IMG/VR virus record: IMGVR_UViG_2537561575_000012
Length of the DNA: 23,622 bases
Reading direction: 5' to 3' (one strand)
From: a virus
Taxonomy: Duplodnaviria; Heunggongvirae; Uroviricota; Caudoviricetes
A program made the position numbers and the translations under genes. This document shows positions 17,512 through 23,622 of this stretch, piece by piece. Numbering within the stretch: position 1 is the stretch's first letter; each line of letters starts with the position of its first letter. The notes beneath the pieces are model-generated. The model saw only the letters and a program-made list of their open reading frames with translations. It had not been told where the DNA came from and did not search any database.

Positions 17512-17950
17512 ACTGCAGAAGGTGGACGACTGGCTGAGTGCCTTGCTGGCGAATCTGGAACCAGCCTCGAGAAGCCGCATGATGCGCCAGCTGGCGCAGG
17601 AACTTCGCCGGACACAGCAGCAGAATATCAGGATGCAGCGCAACCCTGACGGCAGCAGCTATGAACCGCGACGGGTAACAGCACGCAGTAAAAAAGGCCG
17701 TATCAAACGTCAGATGTTTGCAAAGCTGCGCACCACAAAATACCTGAAAACTGCCGCCAGCACCGACTCTGCCAGCGTGCAGTTTGAAGGCAAGGTGCAG
17801 CGCATTGCCCGCGTTCACCATTACGGCCTGCGAGATCGCGTCAGTCGTAAGGGACCGGAGGTGCGTTACGCAGAGCGTCGCCTTCTGGGTGTAAATGATG
17901 ATGTTGAGGCAATGACCCGCGACATGATTCTGCAATGGCTGGCGGGGTGA
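17504..17950 (+). CDS. Tail completion/virion morphogenesis protein (P2 gpS-like)
   Basis: 148 aa; overlaps the R stop; size and position as P2 S. Confidence 0.65.
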   Translation: MAELQKVDDWLSALLANLEPASRSRMMRQLAQELRRTQQQNIRMQRNPDGSSYEPRRVTARSKKGRIKRQMFAKLRTTKYLKTAASTDSASVQFEGKVQRIARVHHYGLRDRVSRKGPEVRYAERRLLGVNDDVEAMTRDMILQWLAG

Positions 17951-17953
17951 TCT

Positions 17954-17971
17954 TTGTATCAGCACTGATAC
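17954..17971. promoter_or_regulatory. TGT-N12-ACA dyad upstream of the baseplate operon (late promoter activator site)
   Basis: tgt-atcagcactgat-aca at 17954-17971, a perfect inverted repeat (ttgtatca/tgatacaa) in the gap between S (ends 17950) and V (starts 18019). Confidence 0.5.
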
Positions 17972-18018
17972 AAGTTGCAGCACTGCCGCCTTTCTTCCCC
18001 TGATGGCAACCTTTCCCT

Positions 18019-18597
18019 ATGAACGCACAATTAACCGAAATCATGCGCCTTATCACCAACCTGATCCGCACAGGGGTAGTCACCGAAGTGGACAGGGAAA
18101 ACTGGCTTTGCCGGGTGAAAACGGGCGAGCTTGAAACCAACTGGATCAGCTGGCTGACGCTGCGTGCCGGGAATGCCCGTACATGGTGGCGACCATCGGA
18201 AGGTGAGCAGGTGGTGCTGCTGAGTCTGGGCGGCAATCTGGAAACCGCCTTTGCGCTGCCCGCTGTCTATTCGAATCAGTTCGCACCACCGTCGACGTCG
18301 GCGGACGCCTGCGTGACAGAACATCCTGACGGTGGCTGGTTTGAATACGAACCCGCCACCGGGCGCTGGTATGTCAGGGGCATCAAATCAATGGTCATTG
18401 AGGCTGCTGACAACATCACCATGAAAACCAGTGAGTTTGTACTGGAGGCTGACCGCACGCGCATTAACAGCGAAGTGGTGATCAATGGTGGCGTTACCCA
18501 GGGCGGCGGAGCGATGAGTTCTAACGGGATCGTGGTTGATGCGCATCAGCATACTGGCGTCCTGAAAGGCGGCGATACAACCGGAGGCCCGGTATGA
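18019..18597 (+). CDS. Baseplate assembly protein V (spike; P2 gpV-like)
   Basis: 192 aa; N-terminus ...RLITNLIRTGVVTEVD and C-terminal ...HTGVLKGGDTTGGP resemble my memory of P2 V. Confidence 0.75.
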   Translation: MNAQLTEIMRLITNLIRTGVVTEVDRENWLCRVKTGELETNWISWLTLRAGNARTWWRPSEGEQVVLLSLGGNLETAFALPAVYSNQFAPPSTSADACVTEHPDGGWFEYEPATGRWYVRGIKSMVIEAADNITMKTSEFVLEADRTRINSEVVINGGVTQGGGAMSSNGIVVDAHQHTGVLKGGDTTGGPV

Positions 18598-18953
18598 CGC
18601 TTTATAGCGGGATGAACAATACCAGCGGCAAAGTCATTACTGATATTGATCATCTGCGCCAGTCGGTGCGGGACATTCTGCTGACACCGCAGGGTAGCCG
18701 TATTGCCCGCCGGGAATATGGTTCCCTGCTGTCGGCACTGATAGATCAGCCACAAAATCCGGCATTACGCCTGCAGGTCATGTCGGCAGTGTATGTGGCG
18801 CTGAGTCGCTGGGAGCCACGGTTGACGCTGGATTCCATCACCATCAACAGCAATTTTGACGGTTCAATGGTGGTGGAGCTGACCGGGCGGCGGAATAACG
18901 GTGTGCCTGTGTCCCTTTCCGTATCAACAGGAGCAGAGAATGGCAGTGATTGA
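18594..18953 (+). CDS. Baseplate protein W (gp25-like)
   Basis: 119 aa; overlaps the V stop and precedes J; size and position as P2 W. Confidence 0.75.
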   Translation: MTLYSGMNNTSGKVITDIDHLRQSVRDILLTPQGSRIARREYGSLLSALIDQPQNPALRLQVMSAVYVALSRWEPRLTLDSITINSNFDGSMVVELTGRRNNGVPVSLSVSTGAENGSD

Positions 18954-19847
18954 CCTTTCGCAGTTGCCTGCACCGCAGATTGTGGATGTGCCGGACTTTG
19001 AGACGCTGCTTGCCGAACGCAAGGCAGAATTTGTGGCGCTTCATCCGAAAGAGGAGCAGGAAGAGGTCACCCGCGCGCGGAAACTGAAATCTAACCCGCC
19101 ACTAAATTGTTGCAGGAGAATGCTTACCGTGAGTTGCTTCTGCGCCAGCGCATTAACGAAGCCGCGCAGGCGGTGATGGTGGCTTACGCGATGGGCGGCG
19201 ATCTTGACCAGCTCGCTGCCAACTACAACGTGACACGCCTGACGGTGACGCCTGCTGATAATGATGCTGTGCCGCCCGTTGCAGCTGTGATGGAAAGCGA
19301 TGAAGCGTTACGCCTGCGTGTGCCTGCAGCCTTTGAAGGGCTTTCTGTTGCGGGGCCAACTGCAGCTTATGAATTTCATGCCCGAAGCGCCGACGGTCGG
19401 GTGGCGGATGCCAGTGCAACCAGCCCGGCACCTGCAGAGGTGGTGCTGACTGTCCTTAGCCGCGAAGGCGATGGAACTGCAGAAAAAGACCTGCTGGACG
19501 TGGTGGAAAAAGCTCTGAACAGTGAGAACGTCCGCCCGGTGGCTGACCGTCTTACGGTTCGCAGCGCAGAAATCATCCCGTATCGCGTGGAAGCCACCAT
19601 TTTTCTCTATCCTGGACCGGAAGCAGAGCCGGTAATGGCAGCGGCAAAAGCCAGCCTGCAGAAGTACATCGCCAGTCAGACGCGTCTTGGTCGGGATATT
19701 CGCCGTAGCGCCATCTTTGCCGCCCTGCATGTTGAGGGGGTGCAGCGTGTGGAGCTGGCTTCTCCTCTGGCGGATGTGGTCCTGAACAAAACACAGGCGG
19801 CATCATGTACGCAGTGGAGCGTAACCAACGGAGGAACGGATGAATAG
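18940..19847 (+). pseudogene. Baseplate assembly protein J (P2 gpJ-like) interrupted by a frameshift near 19099-19107
   Basis: N-terminal part (ATG 18940, MAVIDLSQLPAPQIV...) runs in one frame to a stop at 19174-19176; the remainder (LLQENAYRELLLRQRINEAA...) is in another frame from about 19104 to 19847. The span is 908 nt, which is 3n+2. Junction lies in ccgccactaaattgttg. Confidence 0.55.
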
Positions 19848-20445
19848 TCTGCTGCCACCGGGTTCAACACCACTGGAGCGCCGACTGGCGCAAACCTGCA
19901 GCGGGATTTCTGATCTGCAGGTGCCGCTTCGTGACTTGTGGAATCCGGCAACCTGTCCGGTCAGTTTCCTGCCTTATCTCGCCTGGGCGTTCTCTGTGGA
20001 TCGCTGGGACGAGGGCTGGACAGAAAGCGTCAAGCGCCAGGTGGTGAAGGATGCTTTTTATATTCATCAGCATAAAGGGACCACCAGTGCCGTGCGGCGG
20101 GTGGTGGAGCCGTTCGGATTCCTGATCCGCATTATTGAGTGGTGGCAGACCGGAGAAACACCGGGCACGTTTCGCCTGGATATCGGCGTGCAGGACCAGG
20201 GCATCACTGAAGATACCTATCTGGAACTTGAGCGACTGATAAGCGATGCCAAACCATGTAGCCGCCACATGATCGGCATGTCCATCAATCTGCAGACCAG
20301 CGGCCCGCATTGGGTGGGAGCCGCCAGCTATCTTGGCGAAGAAATCACGATCTATCCGTATATCAACGAAACGATTATTTCCGGTGGCACCGCGCATGAA
20401 GGCGGGGCGGTCCATGTTATTGATACAATGAGAGTGAATCCATGA
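19840..20445 (+). CDS. Baseplate/tail protein I (P2 gpI-like)
   Basis: 201 aa; overlaps the J stop and the H start (ATGA at 20442-20445). Confidence 0.7.
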   Translation: MNSLLPPGSTPLERRLAQTCSGISDLQVPLRDLWNPATCPVSFLPYLAWAFSVDRWDEGWTESVKRQVVKDAFYIHQHKGTTSAVRRVVEPFGFLIRIIEWWQTGETPGTFRLDIGVQDQGITEDTYLELERLISDAKPCSRHMIGMSINLQTSGPHWVGAASYLGEEITIYPYINETIISGGTAHEGGAVHVIDTMRVNP

Positions 20446-21677
20446 GCACAAAATTTTATACCCTGCTGACGGATATTGGCGCGGCGAAACTTGCCAGCGC
20501 CGCCGCGCTCGGTGTGCCGCTAAAAATTACCCATATGGCGGTGGGCGATGGCGGTGGAGTATTGCCAACGCCGGACGCAAAGCAGACGGCACTGGTAAAT
20601 GAGAAACGCCGGGCTGCGCTGAATATGCTTTATATCGACCCGCAGAACAGCAGCCAGATTATTGCCGAACAGGTGATCCCTGAAAACGAGGGCGGTTGGT
20701 GGATACGTGAAGTGGGCTTGTTTGATGAGTCCGGGGCATTGATTGCCGTGGGCAACTGCCCGGAAAGCTATAAGCCGCAACTGGCTGAAGGTAGCGGGCG
20801 CACTCAGACCGTGCGCATGGTGCTGATTACCAGCAGCACGGACAATATCACCCTGAAAATCGACCCTGCTGTAGTGCTGGCAACCCGCAAGTATGTGGAT
20901 GACAAGGCACTGGAGCTGAAGGTGTACGCGGATGATCAGATGGCAAAACATCTTGCCGCACCGGACCCGCATTCACAGTACGCGCCAAAAGCCAGCCCGA
21001 CATTTACCGGAACCCCCAAAGCGCCAACGCCAGCGGCGGGGAATAATACCACGCAGGTTGCGACCACTGCGTTTGTACAGGCGGCACTGACGGCCCTTAT
21101 TAATGGTGCGCCAGCCACGCTGGACACGCTGAAAGAAATAGCCGCAGCCATTAACAATGATCCGAATTTCAGTACCACCATTAACAATGCGCTGGCACTA
21201 AAAGCACCGTTGTCGAGTCCGGCACTCACCGGAACGCCAACAGCCCCCACGGCGGCGCAGTCGGTCAACAATACACAGATTGCCACTACGGCTTTTGTGA
21301 AATCGGCGATTGCAGGAATGGTGGGTTCTGCACCTGCTGCACTGGATACACTGAACGAACTGGCGGCGGCACTGGGGAATGATCCGAACTTTGCCACGAC
21401 AATGCTTAATGCGCTGGCAGGTAAACAACCGCTGGACAATACGCTTACCAATTTGAGTGGAAAGGATGTAGCTGGTCTTCTCACATACCTTGGTTTGGGA
21501 GAAGGCTCTGCATTACCTGTTGGTGTCCCTGTTCCGTGGCCTTCAGCCACTCCGCCGACAGGCTGGCTGAAATGCAACGGTGCGGCTTTTTCTGCCGAAG
21601 AATACCCGGAACTGGCAAAGGCTTACCCGACAAATAAATTACCTGATTTACGCGGTGAGTTTATTCGTCACCTGTAA
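20442..21677 (+). CDS. Tail fibre protein H, constant region plus shared segment, in its current orientation
   Basis: 411 aa; conserved N-terminus MSTKFYTLLTDIGAAKLA; two internal fibre repeats; the last 57 aa before ...GEFIR are encoded by the left inverted repeat; the ORF stops 2 codons after the repeat (HL-stop). Confidence 0.75.
   Translation: MSTKFYTLLTDIGAAKLASAAALGVPLKITHMAVGDGGGVLPTPDAKQTALVNEKRRAALNMLYIDPQNSSQIIAEQVIPENEGGWWIREVGLFDESGALIAVGNCPESYKPQLAEGSGRTQTVRMVLITSSTDNITLKIDPAVVLATRKYVDDKALELKVYADDQMAKHLAAPDPHSQYAPKASPTFTGTPKAPTPAAGNNTTQVATTAFVQAALTALINGAPATLDTLKEIAAAINNDPNFSTTINNALALKAPLSSPALTGTPTAPTAAQSVNNTQIATTAFVKSAIAGMVGSAPAALDTLNELAAALGNDPNFATTMLNALAGKQPLDNTLTNLSGKDVAGLLTYLGLGEGSALPVGVPVPWPSATPPTGWLKCNGAAFSAEEYPELAKAYPTNKLPDLRGEFIRHL
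20991..21434 (+). repeat. Two tandem ~74-aa tail-fibre repeat units within H
   Basis: aa 184-257 and 258-331 share P.FTGTP.APT.....N.TQ.ATTAFV..A......AP..LDTL.E.AAA..NDPNF.TT..NALA.K.PL, a phage tail-fibre repeat pattern. Confidence 0.5.
21478..21503. other. Candidate recombinase crossover site (hix/gix/pix-like), left
   Basis: TTCTCACATACC-TT-GGTTTGGGAGAA: two 12-bp half-sites in imperfect dyad (10/12) around a 2-bp core, similar to hixL as I recall it (TTCTTGAAAACC AA GGTTTTTGATAA); at the outer end of the left inverted repeat. Confidence 0.45.
21490..21668. repeat. Left arm of a ~179-bp inverted repeat
   Basis: Reverse complement of 23183-23361; I saw three synonymous mismatches in spot checks; both arms encode the same 57 aa (GEGSALPVGVPVPWPSATPPTGWLKCNGAAFSAEEYPELAKAYPTNKLPDLRGEFIR). 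Confidence 0.75.
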
Positions 21678-21871
21678 ATATCCCCCTGCCGATATCTTTC
21701 AGCAATACCAATTATTGTGTTGTTGCATCGTACGATAATGCACGGTCAGGTGTGTCAACAATGGTTAGTTTTGCAGCATTGCCTGTTTCACCATCGCAAT
21801 TTTCCCTGATGTCATCTGTGACTGAGCAAGGAATAAATCCTTTTGCTTACTGGATTGCTTTTGGAGATTGA
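21659..21871 (+). pseudogene. Possible frameshifted remnant of the plus-orientation fibre variable segment
   Basis: A 70-codon open frame (no stops from 21659 to TGA 21869-21871) shifted by one nucleotide from the H frame; it ends 3 nt before the Tfa start (TGA TAA ATG). Only internal ATG (21761) or GTG (21752) starts, so it is absent from the ORF track. Confidence 0.3.
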
Positions 21872-21874
21872 TAA

Positions 21875-22294
21875 ATGGACAGATACTTCTATTCACAAAA
21901 AGAAAATGGTTTTTTTACCGATTTAAATAAAGCACCTTCAGATGCTGTTGAGATAAACACGGATGAATGGCTGTTACTACTGGATGGTCAGGATAATGGC
22001 ATGAAAATAGTCAGCAATCAGGAGGGATATCCGGTTTTGACAGAGCAACCACCTTTATCAAAAGAAAACCTTATTGCATTGGTGGAGTTGAAAAAAAGAA
22101 AACTTATTAATGAAGCCAACGAGCACATGAACAGCAGACAATGGCCAGGTAAAGCGGCTATTGGTCGTCTGAAAGGTGAGGAACTGGCGCAATATAATTT
22201 ATGGCTGGATTATCTGGACGCACTGGAACTGGTTGATCCCTCCAGTGCTCCAGATATTGAATGGCCTACGCCTCCGGCAGTTCAGGCCAGATGA
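21875..22294 (+). CDS. Tail fibre assembly protein (Tfa/U-like), plus orientation
   Basis: 139 aa; C-terminus ...DYLDALELVDPSSAPDIEWPTPP parallels the C-terminus of the convergent minus-strand paralogue; 3' ends overlap by 29 nt. Confidence 0.65.
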   Translation: MDRYFYSQKENGFFTDLNKAPSDAVEINTDEWLLLLDGQDNGMKIVSNQEGYPVLTEQPPLSKENLIALVELKKRKLINEANEHMNSRQWPGKAAIGRLKGEELAQYNLWLDYLDALELVDPSSAPDIEWPTPPAVQAR

Positions 22295-22868
22295 CATCCG
22301 GTGCGGTGCTGGTATCTGTTGCCGTCACCGCGTCAATGTAATCCAGCGCAGCGTTAAGTCGGGCGGTTTCTGCCTGCGTCAGATTCCGTCCGGCCTGTAA
22401 TTTCAGTTGAATCAGACTGATAGAAGCCATTGCTGTATCAATCAGCGACTGGCGCTGTGCTTCTGCTGCATCTACTACGGCGCTATGCTGTGCCTCGGTA
22501 TCCGTCACCCATTTCTCACCATCCCATTTATCGTATGGCGTTAACGGGGCGATAGTGGTTGTATTATCAGGGTAATCACCCGGTGCTGTGATTTCTTTTG
22601 ATTCTCCTGTTTCGGTGCTAAAGACAATTTCACCGCGATGGTCTGGTACATATTCCCATGAGTTAAAATCTGCAGAGCGGCAGATTGCATAACCAGCTTT
22701 GTAGGTGCCTGGAGCATCTAAACAGGAATATGCCGGAATGCCGACACCAACAGCAAGATATTCAGTTGAAGCTGAAATATACTCCCGACTCATGACGTCA
22801 AAGTTATAAACAGTAATTTCTCCTGCCATAGTGGCAATTAATTCACTGTTTAATTCTGCGTTATTCAT
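22266..22868 (-). CDS. Tail fibre assembly protein (Tfa'/U'-like), minus orientation
   Basis: 200 aa; C-terminus ...DYIDAVTATDTSTAPDVIWPELP; its start overlaps the stop of the alternative fibre segment (TAATG). Confidence 0.7.
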   Translation of the reverse strand: MNNAELNSELIATMAGEITVYNFDVMSREYISASTEYLAVGVGIPAYSCLDAPGTYKAGYAICRSADFNSWEYVPDHRGEIVFSTETGESKEITAPGDYPDNTTTIAPLTPYDKWDGEKWVTDTEAQHSAVVDAAEAQRQSLIDTAMASISLIQLKLQAGRNLTQAETARLNAALDYIDAVTATDTSTAPDVIWPELPEA

Positions 22869-23361
22869 TATGCAGCCCTCACAATATAGTTAAAAGCGAC
22901 ATTTCGTGGGCGTGTTTCATTCGCACCTGCATGTTTAGTCGTTGCCGCAACAACACCACCCTCTGTAATAGCCGGGTTGGGAATTGGGTAATTATCGAAG
23001 TCAATGGCCGGAGACAGGGGCGTGATTTGTTTTAAAATCGTGGTGCCTGTAAAACTTTCCAGAGTCTGGTCGTTAGTTCGTGAAGTCCAGATTCCCCAAT
23101 AGTGGTTATGACTGACAATCGCACCGTCCTGAAGCGTTAATAATCCCCTTCCGTTATCCCCTCCACGTCCGTCATCCCAGCCACGAATAAACTCACCGCG
23201 TAAATCAGGCAATTTATTTGTCGGGTAAGCCTTTGCCAGTTCCGGGTATTCTTCAGCAGAAAAAGCCGCACCGTTGCATTTCAGCCAGCCTGTCGGCGGG
23301 GTGGCTGAAGGCCACGGAACAGGGACACCAACAGGTAATGCAGAGCCTTCTCCCAAACCAA
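22868..23361 (-). CDS. Alternative tail-fibre C-terminal segment (Hv'), fused to H only after inversion
   Basis: Minus-strand ORF 22868..23356; begins inside the right inverted repeat with the same 57 aa as the end of H, continues ~104 aa further (GWDDGRGG...NVAFNYIVRAA), then stop; no credible independent start. Confidence 0.65.
23183..23361. repeat. Right arm of the ~179-bp inverted repeat
   Basis: Reverse complement of 21490-21668 with a few synonymous differences. Confidence 0.75.
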
Positions 23362-23373
23362 CCTTTTAGAAAA
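23348..23373. other. Candidate recombinase crossover site (hix/gix/pix-like), right
   Basis: TTCTCCCAAACC-AA-CCTTTTAGAAAA at the outer end of the right repeat; shares the half-site GGTTTGGGAGAA (as reverse complement) with the left site. Confidence 0.45.
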
Positions 23374-23427
23374 TGCAGTTATTCGGCTCAGATGGCATGA
23401 TCCCGGATTTTTACAGGGTTATTTCTC

Positions 23428-23622
23428 ATGCTTATTGGCTATGTACGTGTGTCAACAAATGACCAGAACACAGATCTACAACGTAATGCGCTGAACTGTG
23501 CAGGATGTGAGCTGATTTTTGAAGACAAGATAAGCGGTACAAAGTCCGACAGACCAGGACTGAAAAAGCTGCTCAGGACATTATCGGCAGGTGACACGCT
23601 GGTGGTCTGGAAACTGGACCGA
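23428..23622 (+). CDS. Serine DNA invertase (Pin/Gin/Hin/Cin family), N-terminal fragment running off the window
   Basis: MLIGYVRVSTNDQNTDLQRNAL...DRPGL...GDTLVVWKLDR matches the N-terminal catalytic domain of Pin/Gin invertases as I recall them, including the catalytic serine in VRVSTNDQ; truncated by the window end. Confidence 0.85.
   Translation, partial: MLIGYVRVSTNDQNTDLQRNALNCAGCELIFEDKISGTKSDRPGLKKLLRTLSAGDTLVVWKLDR

Larger units (their letters stand above)
21491..23360. mobile_element. Invertible tail-fibre DNA segment (Mu G / P1 C / e14 P-type)
   Basis: About 1.9 kb bounded by the inverted repeats and the two crossover-like sites; contains convergent tail-fibre assembly genes and an alternative fibre C-terminal segment on the minus strand; an invertase gene starts about 55 bp beyond the right site. 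Confidence 0.65.

Noticed and set aside
18940-19176. Programmed ribosomal frameshift as the explanation for the split J gene
   Set aside because: No X-XXY-YYZ slippery heptamer or downstream structure at the junction, and programmed frameshifting is not known for P2-type J genes; an indel or sequencing error is more parsimonious.
19153-20451. Minus-strand ORFs (up to 195 aa) across the J and I genes
   Set aside because: Antisense shadow ORFs within baseplate genes; no start or RBS context and no recognisable domain.
1-23622. CRISPR arrays, tRNA/rRNA genes, IS elements or the prophage attachment site
   Set aside because: No regularly spaced short direct repeats, no cloverleaf-compatible tRNA-like segment, and no transposase ORF with terminal inverted repeats were seen by eye. 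Integrase and att are expected left of cI, outside the window. A tRNA scan would be needed to be certain.

Overview
This window is most of a P2/186-family (Peduovirus-like) temperate prophage, read from sequence and the ORF track alone with no database search. Left to right: a CI-type repressor (minus strand) facing an early operon (Apl/Cox-like, CII-like, small ORFs, TraR/DksA zinc finger, Dam methyltransferase, a 276-aa unknown protein, HUH rolling-circle initiator gpA-like); an AT-rich cos-proximal cargo region with a LexA box, a 62-aa ORF, a DinI-like gene and a cos-like sequence; a two-gene cassette encoding a HipA-like kinase and a HipS-like/HIRAN fusion protein; then portal and terminase (minus), scaffold, capsid, small terminase, head completion, tail X, lysis cassette, tail completion, baseplate V/W/J/I, tail fibre H, an invertible tail-fibre segment and the 5' end of a Pin/Gin-type invertase. 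The most interesting candidate is the kinase/HIRAN cassette at 7511-9162, which looks like a split HipA toxin module in the variable cos-flanking locus. Other points worth a second look are frameshifts in baseplate J and at the H/variable junction, the SOS-box module, and the Dam plus unknown-protein pair. Domain calls rest on remembered family motifs and should be confirmed with HMM searches.
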